Below, one piece after another: positions 1 through 9,853 of a stretch of 64,000 nucleotides of DNA. The notes below the pieces were generated by a model that was not told the DNA's origin, searched no databases, and was given only the letters and a program-made list of their open reading frames with translations. Position 1 is the stretch's first letter. Each line of letters opens with the position of its first letter. The stretch is from an uncultured Gammaproteobacteria bacterium (GTDB lineage: Bacteria > Pseudomonadota > Gammaproteobacteria > Steroidobacterales > Steroidobacteraceae), in contig CAWAQE010000007.1 in assembly GCA_963784105.1 (NCBI GenBank), forward strand, positions 54,821 to 118,820, read 5' to 3'. A program made the position numbers and the translations under genes.

Positions 1-1
1 G

Positions 2-667
2 GGGTTGCGCAGGATCCCGCTCGATCTTCCTCCGCAGGCGGAGCACCTGGATGTCGATCGCCCGGTCATACACCTCGTTGTCATACACACGGCTCGCCTC
101 CAGGAGTTGATCCCGGGTGAGAATTCGCTCGGGTGCGGCAAGCAAGGCGGCGAGCAAATTGAACTCGCCGTTTGTGAGACCGATAGGGGCGCCGTTGCTG
201 CGCTTGAGGCGCCGCGTACGCAGGTTGAGTTCGAACTCGGCGAACCGGTAGGCGCGGATCTCCCGCCCTGGGCCCGGGCCCGGCGCCGCGCTCCTTGCGC
301 GCCGCAGCACCGTTCGGATTCGTGCCAACAATTCTCGGGGACTGAAAGGCTTGGTCAGATAGTCATCGGCGCCGAGCTCGAGCCCCATGACCCGGTCCGC
401 CTCGTCGCGCACACCGGTCAGCATGACGATCGGTATGGAAGATTCGTCACGCAACGACCGCACGATCGCCATGCCGTCTTCGCCGGCCAGCCGCAAATCG
501 AGGACGATGAGATCGATCGCCTCGTCGTTCAGGATCTTCGACATCTCCTTGCCGGTGGATGCGACGCTCACGCGCAACCCGTTCTCCCCAAGGTACTCCT
601 CCAAGAGCGCTCGGATTTGCGGGTCATCGTCAATTACGAGGATGTGCGAACACATGGTCTCCGACAT
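2..667 (-). CDS. OmpR/PhoB-family response regulator (C-terminal end cut by window edge)
   Basis: Minus-strand frame is open to the window start, with ATG at 667-665. Translation MSETMCSHILVIDDDPQIRALLEEYL...IDLIVLDLRLAGEDG...LTKPFSPRELLARIRTVLRR is a receiver domain. It is followed by a winged-helix tail ...ILTRDQLLEASRVYDNEVYDRAIDIQVLRLRRKIE. It starts 11 nt after the stop of the upstream hybrid kinase. Confidence 0.85.
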   Translation of the reverse strand, partial: MSETMCSHILVIDDDPQIRALLEEYLGENGLRVSVASTGKEMSKILNDEAIDLIVLDLRLAGEDGMAIVRSLRDESSIPIVMLTGVRDEADRVMGLELGADDYLTKPFSPRELLARIRTVLRRARSAAPGPGPGREIRAYRFAEFELNLRTRRLKRSNGAPIGLTNGEFNLLAALLAAPERILTRDQLLEASRVYDNEVYDRAIDIQVLRLRRKIERDPAQP

Positions 668-677
668 GGCAGTCACC

Positions 678-3233
678 TCAGGGTTTCGATGAGCGGATGT
701 CAAGCGCGCGTGCGAGAGAATCCGCAAGTTCGTGGCGGCGCAACGGCTTACGCAGCACCTCGTTAACGCCGATCTCGGCGGCCAGCCCCATGAGTTTTGC
801 ACCGCTGTAACCCGTCATCAAGATAACCGGTATCCGGGGTCGAAGCCTGCGGAGCTCTCGTGCGAGCTCGATTCCGGTGAGGTCTGGCATCGCCTCGTCG
901 GTGAGCACGGCGTCGAAACGGTCCGGTGCGGCACGAAAGGCATCGAGCGCGGAGGTACTCGAGCCGAATCCCACGGGCTCATAGCCGAGCCGGGCAGTGA
1001 TCTCCTCGGCGAGTTCGACCAATGGACGCTCATCATCCACGATCATGACGACTTCGCCGTTTCCGCGGGGCAATATTCGGTCTGTTTGGGCCTCCGGTGC
1101 CGCAATTTCGCCCGCGACCGGCAGGTAGATCTCGAACACCGTTCCTTCACCCAATCTAGTGGAGACGTCGATCGCTCCGGCGAGATCGGTCACGATGCCG
1201 TGTACGAGAGAGAGACCGAGGCCAGTCCCTTCGCCGACTTCCTTGGTCGTATAGAATGGATCGAACATCCGATCGAGTACCGCGGGCGGGATGCCCTCGC
1301 CGGTATCGCGAACGGTGAGACGCACATAGGGTCCCGGGCCGAGCGAACCCCGGGACAAGGTCCGACGCTCGTTCAACTGAATTCGTTCGAGAGCGACTCC
1401 AAGCACGCCGCCGCGCTGCATGGCATGAATCGAGTTGGTGCAGAGATTCATTGCCACTTGATGCAGGTAGGTTGCATCCCCGATCACCGCGGCGTTACCG
1501 GCATCGATCTTCCTTTCCAATCGTATTCCCGCGGGGAGGGACGCCTCGAGCAGCTCGAGTGTTTCCTCAATGATGGATTGAACGTTCACCGGCTCGCGGT
1601 CGCCAAGGCCGCTGCGGCTGAATCCCAAAATTCGCTCGACCAGCATCTTACCGCGCTCTGTCGCGTGCATGACGTTCTCGAGATAACGCCGCAGCGCGCT
1701 CTGCTCGGACGATTCCTGGAGGGCAAGCTCGCCGTAGCCGAGGATTGCGCCCAATATGTTATTGAAGTCGTGGGCGATGCCCCCCGCGAGCGTGCCGATC
1801 GCCTCCATTTTCTGCGACTGGCGCAGCTGCGCTTCCAGCTGCTCCTTCTCGATCTGTGCCTGTTTCTCTGCGGTGATATCCATGGCCGAACCGACGAATC
1901 GGAACGGCTTGCCTGCCGCGTCGCGCAAACAGCGACCGCGCGCCAACAGCCAATGCCACTCCCCGTCGGGATGGCGCACCCGGTACTCGCAGTCGAAGCG
2001 GGGCGTGCGTCCCTCGAGATGGTCATGCAGCGTCATCTCGAAGCGCGGCCTATCGTCGGGGTGCATGAGCATTTGACGCATCCAGTCGGCACGCGTGCCC
2101 GCCTCGGACGACTCACTCTGACCGCCCAGCGTCTTCATCTTCGGCGAAAGAAACAGACGGTCAGCCGTTACGTCCCAGTCCCAATGGCCTTCGTTCGCGC
2201 CCTCCATCGCCAGTGAATAGCGCTCCTCGCTTTGGCGCAGCGCCCGCTCGCTGGCCGCGACGCGCCGCAATTGCCGCAACAGCGCGACAATGGTCAATGC
2301 GCCGAGCAGAGTGATGATGAGAGTGCGAACACCGACCCGGATCGTGGTGCTGCGCCACGGTCCCAGCGCGACCGCTGCTTCGCGCGTCACGCCGAGCCGC
2401 AAGCGCGTGTTCCTTACGGGCGCCACCACGATGAAATCCTCCCTCCCGTCGATGGGATTTACGAATCGCGCGGCGGTTGTAGTCGGGAGCGACGCAATCT
2501 CGGGAAATCCTTGCCCAATGGCGCTCGGTGATGGCGGATTGCGCACCAGCAAGATGCCGTCATCGCGCATCAGTTGAACCCCGCCGCCCTGGCCGATATC
2601 GACGGCCCGATAGAATTTGTTCAGGTCATCGAGATCGACGATGGCCTCGACGACTCCGTTGAAATTGCCTTTTTCGTCGTCTATCCGGCGAGAAAGTATC
2701 ACGGCTGCGCGGCCCTCGGAACGCGTCACCAACGGCTCGCTCATGAAAAGCCCCGCCGCCGGGTTGTCCCGCTGAGCGATGAAATACGATCGGTCCGCAA
2801 CATTTTGCTTCGGGGTGGAGAGTTCACGCGACCGATATCGTTGGTTGCCTTGCGCGTCGACGATCATGACCAGGCGCACCAGCCGAACCCCGGCGGTGCG
2901 AATCGCGAGCGCCTGGCTGAGACGTTCGGGCGGGATGTCATGGCTGTCATTGCGGTACCATCGTGCCGTATCGAGAAGCAGGAGATCGACGGCCTGCAGG
3001 GTCCACGAGGTCTGTTCGGCGAGCGCGCTCGCCACATTGCCGATTTCGCGCTCGGTCGCGGAGACCGAGCGCCGATAGGCGCGCCATGCATCGAAAGCGG
3101 ATGAGCCCCCGAAAGCCAGTATGACGAGCACGCCGAGCACGACAATACCGGACTGCAAGCGATTGAATCGGATCGGCGCGCCGGACCCGATCTGATCACT
3201 GGGCGAAGATTTGTGGGCGAGGGAGCGCTGCAT
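678..3233 (-). CDS. Hybrid sensor histidine kinase (TM - periplasmic Cache-like domain - TM - PAS - HisKA - HATPase - receiver)
   Basis: 851-aa ORF with two hydrophobic segments flanking a roughly 270-aa extracytoplasmic region. Contains a PAS-like [20 protein letters not shown]...HPDD, H-box [20 protein letters not shown]-binding motifs DTGEGIPP...[24 protein letters not shown], and a C-terminal receiver [11 protein letters not shown]...[13 protein letters not shown]...VILMTGY...RKPL. Confidence 0.9.
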   Translation of the reverse strand: MQRSLAHKSSPSDQIGSGAPIRFNRLQSGIVVLGVLVILAFGGSSAFDAWRAYRRSVSATEREIGNVASALAEQTSWTLQAVDLLLLDTARWYRNDSHDIPPERLSQALAIRTAGVRLVRLVMIVDAQGNQRYRSRELSTPKQNVADRSYFIAQRDNPAAGLFMSEPLVTRSEGRAAVILSRRIDDEKGNFNGVVEAIVDLDDLNKFYRAVDIGQGGGVQLMRDDGILLVRNPPSPSAIGQGFPEIASLPTTTAARFVNPIDGREDFIVVAPVRNTRLRLGVTREAAVALGPWRSTTIRVGVRTLIITLLGALTIVALLRQLRRVAASERALRQSEERYSLAMEGANEGHWDWDVTADRLFLSPKMKTLGGQSESSEAGTRADWMRQMLMHPDDRPRFEMTLHDHLEGRTPRFDCEYRVRHPDGEWHWLLARGRCLRDAAGKPFRFVGSAMDITAEKQAQIEKEQLEAQLRQSQKMEAIGTLAGGIAHDFNNILGAILGYGELALQESSEQSALRRYLENVMHATERGKMLVERILGFSRSGLGDREPVNVQSIIEETLELLEASLPAGIRLERKIDAGNAAVIGDATYLHQVAMNLCTNSIHAMQRGGVLGVALERIQLNERRTLSRGSLGPGPYVRLTVRDTGEGIPPAVLDRMFDPFYTTKEVGEGTGLGLSLVHGIVTDLAGAIDVSTRLGEGTVFEIYLPVAGEIAAPEAQTDRILPRGNGEVVMIVDDERPLVELAEEITARLGYEPVGFGSSTSALDAFRAAPDRFDAVLTDEAMPDLTGIELARELRRLRPRIPVILMTGYSGAKLMGLAAEIGVNEVLRKPLRRHELADSLARALDIRSSKP

Positions 3234-3242
3234 ACGCCGATC

Positions 3243-3596
3243 CTATCGGCCCAGTATACCGCGCACCGCGTCCACGAGATCGGAGCGGAGAAGCGGTTTT
3301 GCGATGACTTTTTCGACGCCCAGCATCTGCGCGGCCGCGCCGGCCGCGGACAGACCGGATCGAAACTGGCCTGAGATCGCGATCACCGGGGTTTTCGGAT
3401 ATGCCTCGCGAATGCTGCGAATCGAGCGCGCACCGCCATGTTTGGGCATGTAGACGTTCGCGATCACGAGATCGGCCGGCTGGTCCAGATTATCATCGCA
3501 CGGCATGCCGACACGCACGGTATATCCCGCCTTGCCCAGCCACTGCTGAAGCAAAGCGCGTGTGAGATGATCTTCCTCGTAAATCACAATGTCCAC
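3243..3596 (-). CDS. Stand-alone receiver-domain protein with Asn at the phospho-acceptor position (pseudo-receiver)
   Basis: 117-aa ORF with GTG start. CheY-like fold signature: IYEEDHL acidic pocket, DLVIANVYMPKHGG, PVIAISG, IAKPL. In the D-x-x-x-P spacing of the acceptor motif the residue is N (ANVYMP). Its stop lies 10 nt upstream of the hybrid kinase ATG. Confidence 0.75.
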   Translation of the reverse strand: MDIVIYEEDHLTRALLQQWLGKAGYTVRVGMPCDDNLDQPADLVIANVYMPKHGGARSIRSIREAYPKTPVIAISGQFRSGLSAAGAAAQMLGVEKVIAKPLLRSDLVDAVRGILGR

Positions 3597-3771
3597 AGTG
3601 TACCGATCTCTTCGCGCCGCAATCTCTCGGCGATAGGCGCAGAAGCGATACTCCCCCCGGCACCCCGCTCTCTGATGTCAGCGGGCCTCAGCACCGTTTC
3701 AATTGAAACCACCAAGCCGGCCGACGCGCCACCGGCATGCCGCTATCCCGACCCTGCGGACCGCAGGACTT

Positions 3772-4926
3772 TTAGTGCGAGTCGATCAGCTCCCGTCCCG
3801 CGCGCGCCATGGATGTGCAGCCGGTCAAGACCATGGCCACTTCGAGCTCCGCACGCAGCGTGCCCAGCATTTTCGCAACCGTGCCCTCGCCGCCGGCGCC
3901 CAGCGCATAGGCCCATGCTCGTCCGATGAAGCAGGCCTTCGCGCCCAGGGCCACCGCCTTCAACACGTCGAGTCCCGACCGCACGCCGCCGTCGAGGTAG
4001 ACTTCCAGATCGTTGCCCACGGCGTCCACGATGCGCGGCAGCGCGGATATGGAGGAGCGCACGCTGTCTAGTTGGCGGCCGCCATGATTCGAGACCACGA
4101 TTCCCTGTGCGCCCATCTTGACCGCGTCCCGCGCATCCTGCGGATCCAGCACGCCCTTGATGACAATGGGCCGATCCCATTCGGCGCGTATCCATTCCAG
4201 GTCGGCCCAGGTCACCGAGCGGTCGAAATTGGCGGCGATCCAGGTCATGAAATCGCCGGAAGAGCGCCCCCCCTGCATGGCGCCCGCCACGCAACCCAAG
4301 GTGTGGGGGCGGCCCTTCAGCCATACATCCCAGACCCATGGCAGATGAGTCAATCCGTCCCAGAATTTATTGCAGGCTGCCGGGAGGCCGGTGAGCCCGC
4401 GGAATCCCGAGCGAACGTCGCGGTAGCGGGCGCCGGGTAGCGGCAAGTCCACGGTCAGCACGAGGACCGGGCTGCCCGCGGCCTTGGCGCGCCTGACGAG
4501 CTCTCGCATGTAGCCGCGATCCTTGAGCACGTATAGCTGAAACCAGGGCGGCGCGACGCCTCGCGCGACTTCTTCGATGGAGCAGATGCCCACGGTCGAG
4601 AGGCAGAAAGGCACGCCCGCCTGCGCGGCGGCTCGCGCGGCCTGCATCTCTCCACGGCGCGCAAACATGCCCGCCATGCCGACTGGAGAGAGTCCCACGG
4701 GCATGCCATATCTCTGCCCCAGCGTCTGCACGCCGGTGTCGAGCGAAGCCATGTCGCGCATCACGCGCTGGCGCAACGATAATTGCTCCAAGTCCGCGAC
4801 ATTGCGGCGTAAAGTCACTTCGGCAAAGGAACCGCCGTCGATGTACTCGAACAGCATCTTCGGCAGGCGCCGCCGGGCGGCGCTGCGGTAGTCCGATACA
4901 GATGCTGCGCGTTTCAAGGAGGTCAT
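3772..4926 (-). CDS. FMN-dependent alpha-hydroxy-acid dehydrogenase (L-lactate dehydrogenase/glycolate oxidase family)
   Basis: The conserved N-terminus MTSLKRAASVSDYRSAARRRLPKMLFEYIDGGSFAEVTLRRN starts at the ATG at 4926. The track ORF to 5355 is a 5' over-extension. C-terminal ...VVSNHGGRQLD...DGGVRSG.DV.KA.ALGA is typical of the family. 384 aa. Confidence 0.85.
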   Translation of the reverse strand: MTSLKRAASVSDYRSAARRRLPKMLFEYIDGGSFAEVTLRRNVADLEQLSLRQRVMRDMASLDTGVQTLGQRYGMPVGLSPVGMAGMFARRGEMQAARAAAQAGVPFCLSTVGICSIEEVARGVAPPWFQLYVLKDRGYMRELVRRAKAAGSPVLVLTVDLPLPGARYRDVRSGFRGLTGLPAACNKFWDGLTHLPWVWDVWLKGRPHTLGCVAGAMQGGRSSGDFMTWIAANFDRSVTWADLEWIRAEWDRPIVIKGVLDPQDARDAVKMGAQGIVVSNHGGRQLDSVRSSISALPRIVDAVGNDLEVYLDGGVRSGLDVLKAVALGAKACFIGRAWAYALGAGGEGTVAKMLGTLRAELEVAMVLTGCTSMARAGRELIDSH

Positions 4927-4994
4927 GGGCTGCGGTACTTTAACCCATGGGATGGGTCGACCACGACCCATAGTGCGGGTGCCGACGAGGCGAT

Positions 4995-5858
4995 TCAGGC
5001 GCCATGGCTGGGCGAATACGCGACCACCTTTTGCCGCTGTTTCCCCAGCTTGGATATGCCCAGTTCCACCACGTCGCCGGCCTTCAAGTACTGCGGCGAC
5101 GGTTTCCGGCCCATTCCGACGCCCGGCGGCGTTCCGGTGGTGATCAGATCGCCGGGATTCAGGGTCATGAAGCGGCTGACGTAGCTCACCAGCAGACGCA
5201 CCGGAAATATCATGGTTCGGGTGCTGCCTGTCTGCATGCGCTTGCCGTTCACGTCCAGCCACATGTCCAGCGCCTGTGGATCCCCGACTTCGTCGACGGT
5301 GACGAGATAGGGGCCGACGGGGCCGAATGTGTCGCAGCCCTTGCCCTTGTCCCATGTGCCGCCGCGCTCGATTTGATATTCACGCTCGGAGACATCGTGC
5401 ACAACGCAATAACCGGCCACATGATCCAGCGCCCGATCTTCGGATACATACCGGGCCGTCGTCCCGATGATCACTCCCAATTCGACTTCCCAATCGGTCT
5501 TCAGTGATCCCTTCGGCAGCATGATGTCGTCGTCGGGCCCGACGATGCAACTCGTGGCCTTGGTAAAAATCACCGGCTCCGACGGCACGGGCAGGCCGGA
5601 CTCCGCCGCGTGGTCGCTAAAGTTCAGACCGACCGCAATGAACTTTCCGATTCCGGCACAAGGAGTTCCCAAGCGCGGATTTCCACTTACCACGGGGAGC
5701 CGTTCGACGGCCATACCTTGAATCTCCCTGAGCCGGGAAGGCGACAGATACCCCTCCCTCAGGTCCCCGATCACGCCGCCGAGGTCGCGGATCTGTCCCT
5801 TGTCGTCGAGCACGCCCGGTCTTTCGGAGCCCGTGCGCCCATAGCGCAGAAATTTCAT
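4995..5858 (-). CDS. Fumarylacetoacetate hydrolase (FAH) family protein
   Basis: 287 aa. MKFLRYGRTGSERPGVLDDKGQIRDL N-terminal domain plus the FAH core GLNFSDHAAE...DWEVELGVIIG...GDLITTGTPPGVG. Confidence 0.85.
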   Translation of the reverse strand: MKFLRYGRTGSERPGVLDDKGQIRDLGGVIGDLREGYLSPSRLREIQGMAVERLPVVSGNPRLGTPCAGIGKFIAVGLNFSDHAAESGLPVPSEPVIFTKATSCIVGPDDDIMLPKGSLKTDWEVELGVIIGTTARYVSEDRALDHVAGYCVVHDVSEREYQIERGGTWDKGKGCDTFGPVGPYLVTVDEVGDPQALDMWLDVNGKRMQTGSTRTMIFPVRLLVSYVSRFMTLNPGDLITTGTPPGVGMGRKPSPQYLKAGDVVELGISKLGKQRQKVVAYSPSHGA

Positions 5859-5967
5859 ATCGTTTCCTTCTCATCAATCGTCATGGGTCCCACGCACAGC
5901 CGCCGGCTGCGCGGAGGCACAAGCTTAATACCTCGAGCGGCCGTCCGGGTGATAGAGTGACGCCACG

Positions 5968-7425
5968 ATGCGAACGCTGGAACGCCTTACGATCGTCGCG
6001 GCCGGCCTTGCGATGCTCTGCGCGGCCTGCGCCGGCTACCGGCCCGCACCCCTGTCTGCCGCCCAGAACGCGCGGGCGATCGATGAGCGCTCGCTCGACG
6101 ATCCGCGGCTGCGGTCATTTATCGAAGCGACACGCGCCGGCGGAGTGCCCTCTCAGACCGACAGCGGCGCAGTAGGCGGGCGTACCCCTGCGGACTGGGA
6201 CTTGAGCTCTCTCATCCTCGCCGCACTTTATTTCCATCCGAATCTCGACATCGCGCGCGCCGATCTCGGCGAAGCTCGCGCGGGTGTGAAGACCGCCCGT
6301 CAGATTCCGAATCCTTCCCTGAGTTTCGAGGATCTGAGCTACGCCCCAAGCGCCGCGGGAGGCGCGGCGTGGACCATCGCCCCCATCATCAACTTCATGA
6401 TCGAGACTTCCGGCAAGCGCGAGAAGCGCACGGCCGAGGCCGCTGCAATGCTGCAAGCCGCGCGCGGCGAACTGCGCAACGCGTCGTGGCAGGTGCGGGC
6501 GGGGGTACGCGATGCCATGATCGATATCTGGGCGACGCAGCGGCGGCTGAAATTGCTGCAGGCGAGGCTCGATGTCCAGAATCAGCTCGTGGCGCAGCTC
6601 GAGCGCGGCTTTGCGGTGGGCGAATCTTCCGGGCTCGAGCTCGCGCGCGAACGCAGCGACCGCGGCCAAGCCGACATTGCGGTTCGAGATGCCGAAAGTG
6701 CCGCAGTGGCGGCGCGCGCACAGCTGGCTGCATCCATCGGCATTCCGCTGCGGGCGCTGGACGGCGTTCATCTCGCATTCGATACGCTCGAGAGGCTCGC
6801 GCAGCCCGCGACCAATGCGGACGATGCGGATCTGAGGCAGCAAGCTTTGGTGAACCGCGGCGACGTGCAGGCGCTCTTGGCAGATTATGCCGCCGCAGAA
6901 GCGGCGCTGGCGCTCGAGGTCGCAAATCAATATCCGAACCTCACCTTGAGTCCCGGCTATGAATGGGATGCCGGCCAGCACCGCTATATGCTGCTGCCCG
7001 CCGCGGACTTGCCGATCTTCAATCAGAACCAGGGACCGATCGCACAAGCGCGGGCACGCCGCGAGGAAGCGGCGGCTCGCTTCACCGCCCTGCAAACGCA
7101 GATCATCGACTCCGTGGACGGTGCCGCCGCGATCTATCGCGCAACGAGTCTGACGCTCTCCAGCGCCGGCTCGCTGCTGAACGACGAGCAGGGCCGCGAA
7201 CGGCAGACCGAGCGGATGTTCAAAGCCGGCGAGATCGACCGCTCCACTCTGCTGAGCGTGCAGCTGGAGCGCATCACCGCCGAGCAATCGACCCTGGATA
7301 TCGCCGTTCAGCAGCGCCATGCCCTGGCCGCGATGGAGGACGCGCTTCAGCATCCATTCTTCGGGCCGGCGCTGCCCGCGGATGCCGAAGCCAACCCGCG
7401 CGTCGCCGCCTCGCCCCAGACCTAG
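5968..7425 (+). CDS. TolC/CzcC-family outer-membrane efflux protein
   Basis: 485 aa. Signal or lipoprotein-like N-terminus (LAMLCAACAG). Two OEP-type repeats, e.g. LILAALYFHPNLDIARADLGEARAGVKTARQIPNPSLSF and LRQQALVNRGDVQALLADYAAAEAALALEVANQYPNLTL. No adjacent RND or MFP gene. Confidence 0.8.
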   Translation: MRTLERLTIVAAGLAMLCAACAGYRPAPLSAAQNARAIDERSLDDPRLRSFIEATRAGGVPSQTDSGAVGGRTPADWDLSSLILAALYFHPNLDIARADLGEARAGVKTARQIPNPSLSFEDLSYAPSAAGGAAWTIAPIINFMIETSGKREKRTAEAAAMLQAARGELRNASWQVRAGVRDAMIDIWATQRRLKLLQARLDVQNQLVAQLERGFAVGESSGLELARERSDRGQADIAVRDAESAAVAARAQLAASIGIPLRALDGVHLAFDTLERLAQPATNADDADLRQQALVNRGDVQALLADYAAAEAALALEVANQYPNLTLSPGYEWDAGQHRYMLLPAADLPIFNQNQGPIAQARARREEAAARFTALQTQIIDSVDGAAAIYRATSLTLSSAGSLLNDEQGRERQTERMFKAGEIDRSTLLSVQLERITAEQSTLDIAVQQRHALAAMEDALQHPFFGPALPADAEANPRVAASPQT

Positions 7426-7430
7426 CCGCC

Positions 7431-8210
7431 ATGATTTGGATCACACTCGGGGCGATTTTCATCGGCCTGAGCCTAGGGACGCTCGGCTCCGGCGGCTCGA
7501 TACTCGCAGTACCCATATTGAGCTACCTGGTCGGTCAGCCGGAAAAGCTCGCCATCGCTAACTCGCTCGCCATCGTCGGCGGCATCAGTCTCATTGGCGC
7601 CGTTCCCTACGTGTACAAGAGCCAAGTCGATTGGCGCAGCGTTGCATGGTTCGGCTTACCCGGCATGCTCGGCTCCTGGTTGGGCGCCGTCGCGGCCCAG
7701 GGCCTGCCCGGAGTCATTCAGCTGCTGATTTTTTCCGGGATCATGCTGCTCGCCTCCGTGCCCATGATTGCCTACGGCCGGGCCTGCCCCACCGAGCCGC
7801 AGTCCCCGGGCCTGCGGGCACCATCCAGGGAACGCATGGCGGGCGCCGGCCTGCTGGTCGGAGCGATGACCGGCGTAGTCGGCATCGGCGGCGGCTTCCT
7901 GATCGTGCCGGCGCTCGTCCTGTTGGTGGGATTGAACATGCACCGCGCCGTGGGCACGAGCCTGCTGATCATTTCGGCAAACGCATTCATGGGCTTCGCA
8001 AAATATGCCCTTTCGCTCGGAGCGCTTCATTTGGCGCTCGACGGGCATGTGACCGGCATGTTCGTGTCGATCGGTGCCGTCGGCTCCCTTGCCGGCAATC
8101 GCCTGGGTTCGTACCTGCCGCAGCGGCGTCTCAGACAGATGTTCGGCGTGGCTCTGATCGGCATTTCGATCTACATATTGCTGCGAGAACTGCCGAAACT
8201 GCATCGATGA
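7431..8210 (+). CDS. TauE/SafE-family anion (sulfite/sulfonate-type) exporter
   Basis: The ATG at 7431 gives [35 protein letters not shown]. The 259-aa polytopic protein has the duplicated GxGGG motif ([14 protein letters not shown]). The track ORF from 6963 is an over-extension. It starts 5 nt after the OMP stop. Confidence 0.8.
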   Translation: MIWITLGAIFIGLSLGTLGSGGSILAVPILSYLVGQPEKLAIANSLAIVGGISLIGAVPYVYKSQVDWRSVAWFGLPGMLGSWLGAVAAQGLPGVIQLLIFSGIMLLASVPMIAYGRACPTEPQSPGLRAPSRERMAGAGLLVGAMTGVVGIGGGFLIVPALVLLVGLNMHRAVGTSLLIISANAFMGFAKYALSLGALHLALDGHVTGMFVSIGAVGSLAGNRLGSYLPQRRLRQMFGVALIGISIYILLRELPKLHR

Positions 8211-8275
8211 GCGGTGGATCTTGGGGCCGGCACGGGTGCAGAGTATATTCGGACTTCCCATCATGGAGAAAATGC

Positions 8276-8845
8276 ATGTCATACCCGGCCAGGACGATCG
8301 CTCTGCTAACATTATTGCTCGGCGGCTTCGCCGTTTCGGCGCAGCAGGCTGATGCTCCGCCTCCGCCCGGCTTCTGGGTTACGCCGGCCATTCAGGGGTT
8401 CGGCAAGATTCATGAGCTGCCGCAGGCCGCGTACCAACCCGAGCCATCCAAGACCTACAGGATTGTATTTGCACTGACCAAGGGATCGAAAGATGCGAGC
8501 GAGGTAAACCCTTCGCTGGATCACGTGGCCAGAGCGGTGAATCTATACGTCGCCTCGGGCGTTGCGCTCACGCACCTTAAATTCGTCGCCATCGCCTACG
8601 GTGAAGCGACTCCCCTCGCGCTCGACGATGCCCACTACCGCGCGAAGTTTGGAGTGCCGAACCCCAATCTCGCTCTGACCGCGGAGCTGAGGAAGGCGGG
8701 CATCGCCGTGGCGGTGTGCGGCCAGGCCGTCGCCGAACATCACATCGATTACGCCTGGATCGATAAATCGGTGACCGTTGCGCTGTCCGGCCTCACGACC
8801 GTTACCACCTTGGAGCAGGCCGGCTACTCGCTGATGCCGCTATGA
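8276..8845 (+). CDS. DsrE/DsrF-like sulfur-relay family protein with N-terminal signal peptide
   Basis: The ATG at 8276 gives MSYPARTIALLTLLLGGFAVSAQQADA (signal peptide). The core YRIVFALTKG...KFVAIAYGEA...GIAVAVCGQAV...LEQAGYSLMPL fits the DsrE-like (COG1416-type) pattern, including the conserved Cys. The track ORF from 7631 is an over-extension. Confidence 0.65.
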   Translation: MSYPARTIALLTLLLGGFAVSAQQADAPPPPGFWVTPAIQGFGKIHELPQAAYQPEPSKTYRIVFALTKGSKDASEVNPSLDHVARAVNLYVASGVALTHLKFVAIAYGEATPLALDDAHYRAKFGVPNPNLALTAELRKAGIAVAVCGQAVAEHHIDYAWIDKSVTVALSGLTTVTTLEQAGYSLMPL

Positions 8846-9831
8846 CTCGAGTTGAGATGTGCATGCTCGCGGCCGCGCTGCTGGCCACGGGCGCGGCAAA
8901 AGGCGATGCGCAAACCGCCGGGACGCGCGCCGGCGATGACGCATGGTCGCCGCCGTGGCAACACGGTGCGAACAACGACACCGTACGCCGCGGCCTTGAA
9001 TTCACGGAGCCGGATGCCGACAATTTGGCGGATTTTCACGGCTCGCCCATGGGTCCGAAGCTCGTATTGTATGTCGGCGGCAACTACTTCTTCGCCATGG
9101 CGCCCTTGGTAAGGACCTTCGAGGAGCTGCATCCCGAATACAAGGAGAAAATCTACTGGGAGACCATCCCGCCAGGATTGCTGATGAAGCAATTGAAGGC
9201 CGGCGGCACCGTCACGGTCGGCAACATGACATGGACCGTCAAGGCGGATGTATATCTGGCCGGTTTGGAAAAAGTCCGCGAATTCGTCGCGGACGGCACG
9301 CTCGATGCGCCCGCCGTACCCTATGTCACCAATACGCTCGCCATCATGGTCGCGAAGGGCAATCCCTCGCACATTACCGGGCTGGCGGATCTCGCCGGCC
9401 CTCGGTTGAGGTTGGCGCTGCCGAATCCCGAATTCGAAGGAATCGCGCGGCAAATCAAGAGCTCGCTGAACAAGGCGGGCGGAGCCGCGCTATTCACGCA
9501 GGTGTACGAGACCAAGGTTAAAGACGGCAGTGCCGTCTTGACGCACATTCATCATCGCCAGACACCCCTGTGGATCATGCAAGGCCGGTCCGACGCCGGC
9601 GTCACCTGGCAATCGGAGGCGATATTTCAGGAGCAGGCAGGCCACCCGATCGAACACGTGAACATTCCGCCGTCCCAGAACAGCACGGCGATCTACGGCG
9701 GCGCGCTGGTCAAGGGCGCGGCCCATCCGCAGGCCGGCCGTCAATGGCTGGCCTTCATTACCTCCGCGCAAGGGCTCGCCATCTTTGAACGATACGGATT
9801 CAAAGCGTACACCGCCGAACGAGCGCCCTAG
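8842..9831 (+). CDS. Periplasmic ModA-like (type 2 oxyanion) substrate-binding protein, orphan
   Basis: 329 aa. The ATG overlaps the preceding stop (ATGA). Signal peptide MCMLAAALLATGAAKGDA. Motifs LAIMVAKGNPSHITGLADLAGPRLRLALPNPE...GRSDAGVTWQSEA...AIYGGALVKGAAHPQAGRQWLAFITSAQGLAIFERYGF resemble molybdate/tungstate/sulfate-type binding proteins. No ABC permease or ATPase lies nearby. Confidence 0.65.
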   Translation: MTRVEMCMLAAALLATGAAKGDAQTAGTRAGDDAWSPPWQHGANNDTVRRGLEFTEPDADNLADFHGSPMGPKLVLYVGGNYFFAMAPLVRTFEELHPEYKEKIYWETIPPGLLMKQLKAGGTVTVGNMTWTVKADVYLAGLEKVREFVADGTLDAPAVPYVTNTLAIMVAKGNPSHITGLADLAGPRLRLALPNPEFEGIARQIKSSLNKAGGAALFTQVYETKVKDGSAVLTHIHHRQTPLWIMQGRSDAGVTWQSEAIFQEQAGHPIEHVNIPPSQNSTAIYGGALVKGAAHPQAGRQWLAFITSAQGLAIFERYGFKAYTAERAP

Positions 9832-9853
9832 CAAGCGGCGCGGCGGCTGAATC

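Noticed and set aside
732-2216. 494-aa + strand ORF, one of many very long ORFs antisense to real genes. Others include 6115-7353, 28747-29850, 47383-49506 (707 aa), 48089-49411 and 56013-57995 (660 aa).
   Set aside because: Each lies entirely opposite a gene with unmistakable conserved motifs (histidine kinase, OMP, gyrA, smc, infB). Their translations are Arg/Ala/Gly/Pro-rich low-complexity sequence with no recognisable domain. This is typical stop-codon-poor antisense frames in high-GC DNA.
5968-7425. Heavy-metal or multidrug RND efflux system (CzcCBA-like) based on the TolC/CzcC-family gene.
   Set aside because: No membrane-fusion or RND pump gene is adjacent. The downstream genes are TauE, DsrE-like, a binding protein and a cytochrome, so a metal-efflux call is not supported.
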